From the NCBI GenBank assembly GCA_051870215.1, contig JBJEBQ010000020.1:1449-65448 (forward strand): DNA of 64,000 bases, given 5' to 3'. This document shows, piece by piece, positions 54,764-63,095 of the stretch; position 1 is the stretch's first letter, and each line of letters opens with the position of its first letter. The DNA comes from Candidatus Cryptobacteroides sp. (GTDB lineage Bacteria; Bacteroidota; Bacteroidia; Bacteroidales; UBA932). The position numbers and the translations under genes were made by a program. The notes below the pieces were generated by a model. It did no database searches, was not told the DNA's origin, and saw nothing but the letters and a program-made list of their open reading frames with translations.

Positions 54764-55987
54764 TTATTGTTCTGCTGCCTTGCTGTCGGCTACAACGACC
54801 TTCATACCGTGAGCAAGTTTGTGATAGCCCTCGACGACAATACGCTCATATCTGCCCAAGCCCCTCTCTATCACGGTGTTATTGCCGACTTCCGGGCCGA
54901 GTTCCACAAAACGCTTCTCCACGACATCGTCCCTGCGCACCACGAAGATATATGCGCCGCCCTTCTCTATAACTATGGCTTTTGTCGGTACGACTATCGC
55001 GTTTTCCCTGACGTCGAGCAGAAGTTTCACCTTGGTGAACTGCCCCGGGAGAAGTACATGGTCAGGATTCGGCATTTCCGCGCGCACCGAGAAAGTACCG
55101 GTGTTCGGATCCACCTGAGGGTCGGCGAAGTCCACGAGACCTTTCAGCGGATACACTGAATTGTCTGCAAGAGTGACAGTCACGTATGGGTTCCATGTCC
55201 TTGAAGTGTCCTTCTGCCCCAAATTGACATTTCTCTCCTTGCTTTTGAGATAATCCAATCCTGTCATACTGAAATCCACACGCACGGTGTCACTTTTCAC
55301 TATAGTTGCAAGAAGTGATTTTCCGCCCGGCCCCACCAACGTTCCTATATCCACATTTCTTTCACTGATGTAGCCGCTGATAGGAGAAGTCACTGTGGTG
55401 TAGCTGAGTGCCATTTCATCCTGAGCCAGGTCAGCCTCACTCATCAACACCTCTGAAGTCGCGCTTTCGTATGATGCAATGGCATTGTCCAGATCAAGCT
55501 GGCTTGCGGCATTCTGCTCGTACAGAGGACGTATTCTGTTCAGGTCACGCTCCGCCTTCTGGGCAAGCGCCTTGTTTTTGTTCAGCTGCGCCTTCGCCTT
55601 GTCCACCTTTGCCTTATACTGTCTCGGGTCTATGATAAACAACACCTGGCCTTTCCGTATGTACGTACCTTCTTCAAAAAGCATACTTTCAAGATAGCCT
55701 TCCACCCTGGCACGTATTTCCACGAACTGCTGGGCCCTGATACGTCCCACATATTCACCGTAGATTTCCACATCCTGGGTCTGCACAGCCTCAGCACTGA
55801 CTACAGGGTAAACCGGCTCTGCAGGTTTCTTCATCGTCATTATGAACACGAGCATCACGATGAAGACCGCCGCAACAGCTATCATCACCCACTCGCGCCA
55901 GGTGAATCTTTTAAACCTTATCGTGACATATTTCGACCCCTGACTCAATTTGTCGCGGGTTTTCTCGATATATTGTTTACCGTTCAT
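54764..55987 (-). CDS. RND efflux periplasmic adaptor (MFP)
   Basis: N-terminal TM segment, coiled-coil hairpin and lipoyl/beta-barrel segments (LFIIDPRQYKAKVDKAKAQL). Confidence 0.9.
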   Translation of the reverse strand: MNGKQYIEKTRDKLSQGSKYVTIRFKRFTWREWVMIAVAAVFIVMLVFIMTMKKPAEPVYPVVSAEAVQTQDVEIYGEYVGRIRAQQFVEIRARVEGYLESMLFEEGTYIRKGQVLFIIDPRQYKAKVDKAKAQLNKNKALAQKAERDLNRIRPLYEQNAASQLDLDNAIASYESATSEVLMSEADLAQDEMALSYTTVTSPISGYISERNVDIGTLVGPGGKSLLATIVKSDTVRVDFSMTGLDYLKSKERNVNLGQKDTSRTWNPYVTVTLADNSVYPLKGLVDFADPQVDPNTGTFSVRAEMPNPDHVLLPGQFTKVKLLLDVRENAIVVPTKAIVIEKGGAYIFVVRRDDVVEKRFVELGPEVGNNTVIERGLGRYERIVVEGYHKLAHGMKVVVADSKAAEQ

Positions 55988-56105
55988 CCTCCAAAATTTT
56001 TAGCAAAAGGGACAACGCCACAAAAATTATGCTCAATTTTCCGCAGAGAAGGATTCCCCTGGAAAATCGAGCATTATTCTATGCAGTCCTTTGATGATTG
56101 AAGCC

Positions 56106-56924
56106 TTATTTCGAAAGTTCCGAATATTCTTCGTCCGTCACCGGCTCGAGCCATTCATTGGAAGTCTTCTCGCCTGCAACCTCAACGGCAAGATGTGCGA
56201 ACCAGCTGTCCGCTGCAGCACCGTGCCAATGTTTGACACCTGCAGGAATGTTGATAACGGTGCCCGGAAGGATTTCCTGCGCAGGCTTGCCCTCTTCCTG
56301 ATACCAGCCGCGGCCTGCAACACCGATGAGCATCTGTCCGCCGCCCTTCTTCGCATGGTGGATATGCCAGTTGTTGCGGCAGCCGGGCTCGAAAGTCACA
56401 TTTGAAATGTTGACCTGCTCGCGTGAAATAGGAGCGAGGTAGCTGTTGCCGATGAAATATTTGGCGTAAGCTGTATTTGGCTCGCCGATAGGGAAAATCA
56501 TTTCGCGCTGGAATGCAGCCTTCGCATCTTCGGATTCCGACTCCTCAGCCCACACTTCTTTGGCTATGCGAAAACCGGCCCACGCATTCGGCCAACCGGC
56601 ATAAAACGCAGCCTGAGTGAGCAGAGCGGCGATTTCACTACGTGTAATTCCGTGTTTTTTCCCCAATTCAAGATGAGAACGGAATGAAGAGTCAATCAAT
56701 CCCTTGCCGAGGAGGATTGAAATAGTGACCATACTGTGGTCGTGAAGGCTCAAAGTCGAATCATTCCAGACAGCATCGCCGAATAAAACTTTGTCGTTAA
56801 GCTCCGCAAATTTCGGTGCGAATCCGCCAAGTACAGTCTGTCCGGCGGTCTGGGTAATTTTTTCCTGTGCCATAAGATTAAATGATAAAATGACTAAAAG
56901 TAATGTTATTGCAATTCTTTTCAT
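56106..56924 (-). CDS. Secreted carboxymuconolactone decarboxylase (AhpD-like) domain fused to a cupin domain
   Basis: Signal peptide, a CMD-like region (TRSEIAALLTQAAFYAGWPNAW) and a C-terminal cupin (NWHIHHAKKGGGQMLIGVAGRGWYQEEG...VKHWHGA). Confidence 0.8.
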   Translation of the reverse strand: MKRIAITLLLVILSFNLMAQEKITQTAGQTVLGGFAPKFAELNDKVLFGDAVWNDSTLSLHDHSMVTISILLGKGLIDSSFRSHLELGKKHGITRSEIAALLTQAAFYAGWPNAWAGFRIAKEVWAEESESEDAKAAFQREMIFPIGEPNTAYAKYFIGNSYLAPISREQVNISNVTFEPGCRNNWHIHHAKKGGGQMLIGVAGRGWYQEEGKPAQEILPGTVINIPAGVKHWHGAAADSWFAHLAVEVAGEKTSNEWLEPVTDEEYSELSK

Positions 56925-56944
56925 ACTTTCAAAAATTTTTACAT
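56919..56944 (-). repeat. Partial cassette copy (second half)
   Basis: Minus strand ATGTAAAAATTTTTGAAAGTATGAAA. The last 21 nt are 19/21 identical to the reference. Here the upstream ATG is followed directly by TAA. Confidence 0.65.
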
Positions 56945-57083
56945 TGCAAAATTACGCATTTACCCCTTCCCCAAAATACCTTTTTTACCGAAATTCTTAT
57001 ACAAATTACCGATAATCGGATTATCAGTCCGCCTGTTCCAATTTTTCTTTTCCAAGAGACCTCTTTGGCCTGTCCATCCGGAA

Positions 57084-57572
57084 TTATTCCTTTCTGAAAT
57101 AAGCATTTGCGCAATCAAATTGTGCTATAGGGCAATATTGGTAAATATTGGAAAGTGGCGACACCTTATAGAATTTTATATCCATACTCTTGGTTGTCAG
57201 GCGGCTGACAGTATACGAGACTATCCACTCGTAATCATCGTTGCTATCTACAATGCCGTCATAGTTTACGTCATGCAAATGAAACAGGCCGATAGTCCCC
57301 TCACTTTTATCAAGAGAATATTTGTAACTTTCTTTAATTTCCTCTCCGTTTTTCACACCTTTCACTACCAATATGCCGTCCGTACCGAAAGTCCACTCCT
57401 GGGAAATCCCGTAGGAATAGGACACATCTTCTTCCTCAGGTTCAAGCATTTTCCACGTTCCATAGAGATTTGTTTCATTCACCGGCACTTTCTTTCCGTC
57501 AAAAAGTCCCTCACATGATACACAGCACGCTGCAAGCACAGCAATGGCAAAAGCCGCCACAATCCGTTTCAT
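57084..57572 (-). CDS. Small lipoprotein, lipocalin-like (tentative)
   Basis: Signal AVLAACCVSCEG and LYGTWKM near the N-terminus. Confidence 0.6.
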   Translation of the reverse strand: MKRIVAAFAIAVLAACCVSCEGLFDGKKVPVNETNLYGTWKMLEPEEEDVSYSYGISQEWTFGTDGILVVKGVKNGEEIKESYKYSLDKSEGTIGLFHLHDVNYDGIVDSNDDYEWIVSYTVSRLTTKSMDIKFYKVSPLSNIYQYCPIAQFDCANAYFRKE

Positions 57573-57673
57573 ATAATCTGATTTTTTAAATAATTTTCCG
57601 CAAATTTAACAATTCTCAAAATTTTTTTCAGACTGTTGCCGTTTATTTTGCATTTGCGATAAGCGTATTGATA

Positions 57674-57800
57674 ATATGTACAAGATTTCTCCACTCGCTT
57701 CGCTCGGTCGAAATGACAACGAGCAGAGCGCAGAGTCAAGCTTGCTTGAACTATGCCGAGGCGAGGAAGTCATTGTAAAACCGTAGGTTTTAAAATGACA
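57674..57800 (+). repeat. Intergenic repeat element, copy B
   Basis: 57681-57800 aligns with 26282-26403, with the same terminal hairpin (57769-57799). It begins about 10 nt beyond the NhaC stop. Confidence 0.85.
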
Positions 57801-57808
57801 ACGAGCTA

Positions 57809-59281
57809 TTATTCGGTTTTCTGCGACGGGGATTTACGGAAAATCTTGTAGCCGATGGCGGCGATAAAGATGGACATCAGAGGGGAAATGATGTTGAAAA
57901 GGCAGTAGGGCAAGTAGTCCATCGTCGGTACTTTCAGCACGGTGGCCTGGGTCATACCGCAGGAATTCCACGGTATCAGCACAGACACAACGGTCGCTGA
58001 ATCCTCAACGGAACGGCTCAGAAGCCTGTTTTCATAACCTTTGTCCTCGTATAATTTGCGGTAGAGATTGCTGGTCAGAATGATTGAAAGGTACTGGTCT
58101 CCGGTAATCATATTGCAGAACACGCCGGTACCGACAGTAGCTCCCACAAGACTCGCCGTACGATTCACACAGCGCACAAGCAGATTTGTCAGACTCTGCA
58201 GCATGCCGCTTCCCGCAAGCACTCCTCCGAAAGTCACGGCCATGACAATCAGGAACACCGTATTCAGCATGCCTGTCATTCCGCGGGTCGCAATCAGCGC
58301 ATTCAGCACCTCGTTTCCCGTCTCGATACCTGTCGAACCATAGAAAGTAATCATCAGCCCCTTGAAGCCTTCGGTAAATGACACCGGCCCGGTGCTTGCC
58401 GCACCGCCTGCCACCTCAGCCAGAATGTCAGGCTGGAAAATCACGGCAGCAATGGCCGCAAGCAGCGAAGCCACCGACAATGTGATGATTGCAGGCACTT
58501 TCCTCACTATCAGATAGGCCGTAATCAGAGGCACGATGAAAAGCAGCGGAGTGATATGGAAAGTGTCTTTCAACGCATTGGAGATTTCCACCACCTGCAC
58601 GGCATTTTCCGTCGGGTGCATCAGGCTGGCAACGAGAAAGACAACAGTCGCAATGACAAACGACGGCACCGTAGTAATCATCATGTACCTGATGTGCGTG
58701 AACAGCGGAGTGCCGGATGAAGACGAAGCCAGAATCGTAGTATCAGAAAGAGGGGAAATCTTGTCTCCGAAATATGCACCTGAAATGATGGCACCGGCCG
58801 TCCAGCCCGCGTCATAACCCAAAGCCGTGCCTATGCCGATAAGCGCCACGCCAATTGTCGCTATCGTAGTCCACGAACTGCCGGTCATCACAGCCACGAG
58901 AGCACTGATGAGCGTAGCCGCAAGCAGGAAAATCCCCGGAGTTATGACCTTAAGGCCATAATATATGAGCGTAGGAACGACCCCGCTGACCATCCATGTG
59001 CCTGCAATTGCCCCGATAAGAAAAAGAATGACAATAGCCGAACCCACCGCACGTATATTGTCGAGTACCGCATCCTCTAATTTTTTCCACGGGACACGAT
59101 AGACTACCATTGAAATCATCACCACCAGGGCAGAAGCGAAAAGCAGGGCGACCTGACTTCCGCCGGCCAAGGCATCTGCACCGAAAACCCGGATTACGCA
59201 CACAAGCACTGCCACCAAAAACACGAAAGGCACGAGCGACACCGCCCACGACGGCTTTTCAGGATGTCTGAGAAATTTCAT
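57809..59281 (-). CDS. nhaC: NhaC-family Na+/H+ antiporter
   Basis: Polytopic membrane protein with SGAYFGDKISPLSDTT. I take the start at MKFLRHPEK (59281); the track ORF extends to 59341. Confidence 0.9.
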   Translation of the reverse strand: MKFLRHPEKPSWAVSLVPFVFLVAVLVCVIRVFGADALAGGSQVALLFASALVVMISMVVYRVPWKKLEDAVLDNIRAVGSAIVILFLIGAIAGTWMVSGVVPTLIYYGLKVITPGIFLLAATLISALVAVMTGSSWTTIATIGVALIGIGTALGYDAGWTAGAIISGAYFGDKISPLSDTTILASSSSGTPLFTHIRYMMITTVPSFVIATVVFLVASLMHPTENAVQVVEISNALKDTFHITPLLFIVPLITAYLIVRKVPAIITLSVASLLAAIAAVIFQPDILAEVAGGAASTGPVSFTEGFKGLMITFYGSTGIETGNEVLNALIATRGMTGMLNTVFLIVMAVTFGGVLAGSGMLQSLTNLLVRCVNRTASLVGATVGTGVFCNMITGDQYLSIILTSNLYRKLYEDKGYENRLLSRSVEDSATVVSVLIPWNSCGMTQATVLKVPTMDYLPYCLFNIISPLMSIFIAAIGYKIFRKSPSQKTE

Positions 59282-59410
59282 TTTCCAAGCACTTAATTCT
59301 TTGTCAATCAATTTTCCACCAAAAAGACCGCAAAGATACACTTATTCCCTCTATCTCACAAAAAAACATCGTGTTCCGTATTGTCCGCCAAATCAGGAAA
59401 GATCAGATTA

Positions 59411-59460
59411 CTTTCTGCTTTAAGCAAAAAATCATAAAATCTGCTTTTTTCAATTAACAA
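59411..59460 (+). repeat. Left 50-nt imperfect direct repeat flanking the ATPase gene
   Basis: 40/50 ungapped identity with 60901-60950 (CTTTCTGCTTTAAGCAAAAAATCATAAAATCTGCTTTTTTCAATTAACAA). Confidence 0.8.
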
Positions 59461-59465
59461 ATTAT

Positions 59466-59473
59466 TATATTTG
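59466..59473 (+). promoter_or_regulatory. Candidate -7 box for the ATPase gene
   Basis: TATATTTG 87 nt upstream of the ATG at 59560. Confidence 0.3.
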
Positions 59474-59525
59474 CACTATCGTAACTGCCGTTACGGTAAT
59501 TGGCATTACGATAAAACGTGCAGAT

Positions 59526-59565
59526 ATGAAACCGAACATGAAAATCTTTGTTTGATAGTATGAAA
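59526..59565 (+). repeat. Start-proximal multi-ATGAAA cassette copy with a 4-nt TTTG duplication
   Basis: All 36 cassette bases are identical to 21874-21909. An extra TTTG after position 25 puts the first two ATGs out of frame (atg aaa ccg aac atg aaa atc ttt gtt TGA). The last ATG (59560) is the ATPase start. Confidence 0.9.
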
Positions 59566-60885
59566 TTTTTTGATAGAGAAGCTGAATTTGAAAAACTTAG
59601 GGAAATTGAAGAATTGTCCCTTGAAGCAGCCCGATTTACCATCATAACGGGAAGACGGCGTATCGGTAAAACAGAGATGGTCAAGAAGTTTTATGAGAAC
59701 AAGACAATACTCGACTTTTTTGTTGCCAGAAAAGCCGAAACCGACCTGTGTGATATATTTATTGAAGAAATTCGCACAAAACTCAACATACCAATGCTTG
59801 ATGGCAAAGGGATGTCTTTTGCTGCGATATTCAGATTCATTATGGAACTGTCGCAGACTCAACATATCACGCTCTTTATTGACGAATTTCAGGATTTCTA
59901 CAGAGTGAATCCGTCTATCTATTCTGATATGCAGAATATCTGGGACAGCTATAAAAACAAGGCACACATCAATCTGATAGTGGCAGGTTCAGTAAACACT
60001 TTAATGAATAAGATATTCAAGGATAAGAAGCAGCCCCTGTTTGGCAGGCAGACCGACACTATACATATCCGACCGTTCAGTCCCTCCGTAATGAAAGAAA
60101 TAATGTCTGAATATTGTCCTGACTATAAGAAGTCGGACCTGTTAGCTCTTTATACTCTGACCGGCGGAGTGGCCAAATATGTCGAGTTGTTCGTCGACAA
60201 GAAAAAGTTCACTGAGAAAAAGATGCTGGATATGTTCTTTGAACGTGATTCTTATTTTTTGTCAGAAGGCAAGAATATGCTTGTTGATGAATTCGGAAAG
60301 GATTACGGCATCTATTTCTCAATTCTGACACTTATAGCCCAAGGCAGAAATACACGCTCAGAACTGGAAAGTGCCCTCAATATAAAAGAATTGTCAGGTT
60401 ACTTGAAAAACCTTAATGAAGAGTATGGCCTGATAGCCAAGATGCAACCGGTTTACGAAAAGTCATCCAACAAGAACGTGCATTATACAATCAACGACCA
60501 GTTCCTGAAATTCTGGTTCCGGTTTATATATAAATACGTACACATCATCGAAGCCGGCGGTAATGAGAAATTGAAAACAATAGCAGAGCGCGATTTTACA
60601 ACATTCAGCGGAAAATCTCTTGAACATTATTTTAATGAAGTACTGAAGGAGTCCGGTCAATACACAAGACTTGGATACTGGCATGACAGAAAAGGCGAAA
60701 ATGAAATTGACATTATTGCAGAAGACGAACTGGAGAAAAAGATTGAATTCATTGAAGTCAAGCGACAGGCAAAAAACTTTGACGAAGAAGTATTAAAAGC
60801 CAAATCCGAATTGTTCCTGAAGGCGGTAGGATCTTTCAAAGAGTACGAGGTTATCTATAAAGGACTGTCGATAGAGGATATGTGA
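59560..60885 (+). CDS. ATPase_2/DUF234-type ATP-binding protein (AAA+ ATPase with nuclease-like C-terminus)
   Basis: MKFFDREAEF start, Walker A GRRRIGKTE and Walker B LFIDEFQDF. The C-terminal EIDIIAEDELEKKIEFIEVKRQ has D...ExK spacing. The track start at 59548 is a TTG. Confidence 0.85.
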   Translation: MKFFDREAEFEKLREIEELSLEAARFTIITGRRRIGKTEMVKKFYENKTILDFFVARKAETDLCDIFIEEIRTKLNIPMLDGKGMSFAAIFRFIMELSQTQHITLFIDEFQDFYRVNPSIYSDMQNIWDSYKNKAHINLIVAGSVNTLMNKIFKDKKQPLFGRQTDTIHIRPFSPSVMKEIMSEYCPDYKKSDLLALYTLTGGVAKYVELFVDKKKFTEKKMLDMFFERDSYFLSEGKNMLVDEFGKDYGIYFSILTLIAQGRNTRSELESALNIKELSGYLKNLNEEYGLIAKMQPVYEKSSNKNVHYTINDQFLKFWFRFIYKYVHIIEAGGNEKLKTIAERDFTTFSGKSLEHYFNEVLKESGQYTRLGYWHDRKGENEIDIIAEDELEKKIEFIEVKRQAKNFDEEVLKAKSELFLKAVGSFKEYEVIYKGLSIEDM

Positions 60886-60900
60886 TTTTATTGAATTTTG

Positions 60901-60950
60901 CTTTCCGCTTTGAGCAAAAATCCCTAAAATTTGCTTTCTTCAATAAGCAA
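60901..60950 (+). repeat. Right 50-nt imperfect direct repeat flanking the ATPase gene
   Basis: CTTTCCGCTTTGAGCAAAAATCCCTAAAATTTGCTTTCTTCAATAAGCAA. TAAGCAAAAAATCA recurs at 60944-60957 and 59421-59434. Confidence 0.8.
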
Positions 60951-61069
60951 AAAATCACCCATCTGGCTTGTCGGCTTCCTATATTGAACCGGAAAAAATT
61001 GCCGGCAAACCAAAAGCCGGCCACGAAAGAACACCATCAGTGTAGAGGATTAACTTATTTATCAGAACT

Positions 61070-61270
61070 ATGAAACACAAGGAATTAAGAATTACAGAAA
61101 CTGATTTCATCCTTGCAAACCGAAGGGCATCAAGGATGGAGGAGATTGAAAGGCATGGACGGCAGGTCCAGTCAAGAAGGTCTGTGCACAAATCCAAGAA
61201 GGTCTATGACCGCAAGCGCATCAAGAGAGCCGGCATCAAGAGCGATGACGGCTCTTATTGTTTTGCTTGA
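61070..61270 (+). CDS. Possible small basic protein (66 aa)
   Basis: MKHKELRITETDFILANRRASRMEEIERHG...HKSKKVYDRKRIKRAG. It resembles small basic hypothetical proteins that I recall from Bacteroidetes, but no family name can be given. Confidence 0.4.
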   Translation: MKHKELRITETDFILANRRASRMEEIERHGRQVQSRRSVHKSKKVYDRKRIKRAGIKSDDGSYCFA

Positions 61271-61404
61271 AAATCATTATTCCAGCAGCCACCGCCAAAT
61301 CGGTACGACTCGTATTGAGGATGCTTCAGAAACTGCAACGGTACTTTTCTTTTTCAAATTATTCAAAAAAAATATATGGAACAATTCTGTTTCACGCATA
61401 TAAA

Positions 61405-61439
61405 CAAAAAAGTGGTCGCGGGAGGATTCCCATGACCAC
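61405..61439 (-). terminator. Terminator after the DUF3791/DUF3990 operon
   Basis: GTGGTC (61412-61417) pairs with GACCAC (61434-61439), with an inner GGGA/TCCC. On the minus strand it is followed by T-rich sequence (plus-strand A-run 61405-61411). Confidence 0.5.
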
Positions 61440-61577
61440 CTTGTTGCATTATCATAAAATCTGCTAATCATTCAGACTGCCGATAGGGACAAATAATACA
61501 GAACATTCATCAATCAGTCTCCGTCAGTTTCGATTGCAATTATATTTTTCCTGACAAAAAAGCCTAAGGCTATTTTG

Positions 61578-61784
61578 TTATTGTAATTCACGAAGCTCTG
61601 CAATGAGTTCATCTAAAATATAATCATCACTCATCAGATGTAAACCATATTTTGGGGAAGATAACTGTCGGTAAACATTTGATGAATAAAACAAATCAAG
61701 AGCACGCTCTGGAGCAATTTGCAGAGAGTCAGCCAAACGCATAATTATACGGCTTTCCTTGCGCCAAAGAACACTATCTCTCAT
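61578..61784 (-). CDS. DUF3791-family protein (second copy)
   Basis: 68 aa (APERALDLFYSSNVYRQLSSPKYGLHLMSDDYILDELIAE). Its ATG overlaps the stop of the DUF3990 reading frame (ATGA). Confidence 0.75.
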   Translation of the reverse strand: MRDSVLWRKESRIIMRLADSLQIAPERALDLFYSSNVYRQLSSPKYGLHLMSDDYILDELIAELRELQ

Positions 61785-62289
61785 AGCTGCCCCTCCTTTA
61801 ATGTTTCTGATGAGACAAATGTTAAATAATTATCTGCTATTTCCTGATTTAAGATACAAATCTGGTGATTTACTTCTTTATATCTTAATTGTCCCAAAGC
61901 TTGTTCGGCTGTAATGATCCCGTTTTCATAGTCCTCAACTGTATCAATGACATTGTCATTGGCAACACCACCTTCTACCAGATCATACAGATTCTGTAAT
62001 TTACCGTCTTTCCTGCAATCAACTACATATTCAAGCCACTCATGATTATATGCATCAAATTTTTTTATTCGATTTCACCAGATGTAACAGCATTATAGTC
62101 AAATGAATATAAAGATACAACCGCTTCTGCACTACGACCTTTTCTCTCAGCAATGGTTCTTGCCCAAGATTCTGCTTGTTTACGTAACTTTGTTAGGTAA
62201 AATCCTTGTCCGAAATCTACTTTTTTCCTGCCTAATTTCACGAGTGGGGCAGATACTGTAACGTATGAACCATGAAATAATGTTATCAT
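61781..62289 (-). pseudogene. DUF3990-family gene interrupted by a frameshift
   Basis: Segment 1 (62289-62068) reads MITLFHGSYVTVSAPLVKLGRKKVDFGQGFYLT...GEIE, then TAA at 62065-62067. Segment 2 continues in another frame: (I)KKFDAYNHEWLEYVVDCRKDGKLQNLYDLVEGGVANDNV..., ending at TGA 61781-61783. Together they give about 169 codons, the normal DUF3990 size. Confidence 0.75.
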
Positions 62290-62519
62290 GCTCCAGCCTC
62301 CCAATTTAAAAGTGTCTCGCTAATATCCTCAGCGACCCAATCGATGCTCTGAGTATGCAGGTCTTCATATCTTCCAAACAGACGACGATGAATCAAGCCC
62401 TGTTTTTTTAGTCTGTCATGCATCTCTTTTCCGCTTATACCCAATTTACGGGCACCACTTTCTATGGCTATAACGGCAAAATGGACGCGTCTATATGTTT
62501 CATTATTTGTGTAATTCAT
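62286..62519 (-). CDS. DUF3791-family protein (first copy)
   Basis: MNYTNNETYRRVHFAVIAIESGARKLGISGKEMHDRLKKQGLIHRRLFGRYEDLHTQS... The ATG at 62519 is 28 nt downstream of a -7 box, and the track start at 62576 lies upstream of that box. Its stop overlaps the DUF3990 ATG (ATGA). Confidence 0.8.
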   Translation of the reverse strand: MNYTNNETYRRVHFAVIAIESGARKLGISGKEMHDRLKKQGLIHRRLFGRYEDLHTQSIDWVAEDISETLLNWEAGA

Positions 62520-62546
62520 AACACATGGTATATAATTCGTATAGTG

Positions 62547-62554
62547 CAAATTTA
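62547..62554 (-). promoter_or_regulatory. Candidate -7 box for the DUF3791/DUF3990 operon
   Basis: Plus-strand CAAATTTA is TAAATTTG on the minus strand. Confidence 0.4.
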
Positions 62555-62974
62555 ATAATAAAAATGATTTTTTCAAGCCCTCCCTGTCTTATGTACAGGA
62601 TACATTCAAGCACATTCACTTACCCGGAAAAATATAGTGCAACATTTTCATCCGGAAAATAAAGTCATAATGAGGATGATTCAATCAAAAACAGTGAATC
62701 GTCCACAAAACGATACGAATTTTGGACGACTCACTGAAAAATAAGCGATATTTTGTGTCACTTTTCGGTGACGACGATCTGGCCGTCTTTGACAGTGACG
62801 AGAATTTCGCTGTCGCGGCGTACCTTGCCGTCGAGGATATTGTTTTTCCGGCACAATCCAAGATTTTGTTAAATAAACTTTATAAAATTACACTGTTTTT
62901 ATAAAGTACACTTTACAAAAAGCACTATAATCTCTACTTTCGGTAAAAAATTTGCAGGATTGAAATAAAAGCAC

Positions 62975-62982
62975 TACTTTTG
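62975..62982 (+). promoter_or_regulatory. Candidate -7 box for the Abi gene
   Basis: TACTTTTG 114 nt upstream of the ATG at 63096. Confidence 0.3.
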
Positions 62983-63095
62983 CATCGACAATTTCCGCCA
63001 CGCCTCTTCTCAATGCGTACCAGGGCGGAACTTTTGCTTTTTATACACTTACGGATTATACTAAACAACCGCTGGATTATCCACAGATTCTTCAG

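Noticed and set aside
61277-61471. 64-aa minus-strand ORF
   Set aside because: It spans the terminator hairpin (61405-61439) of the DUF3791/DUF3990 operon. Its composition is implausible and it has no start context.
62060-62067. Frameshift in DUF3990 as a simple homopolymer-length sequencing error
   Set aside because: Lengthening the A7 run to A8 would leave the TAA (T plus the first two A) in frame. A change elsewhere (an extra base before the T, or -1 slippage) is needed, so I keep it as a real frameshift candidate pending read data.
62722-62904. 60-aa plus-strand ORF (MDDSLKNKRYFVSLFGDDD...)
   Set aside because: It is antisense to the more protein-like minus-strand remnant ending VTVKDGQIVVTEK. 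It has no promoter box and runs through AT-rich spacer.
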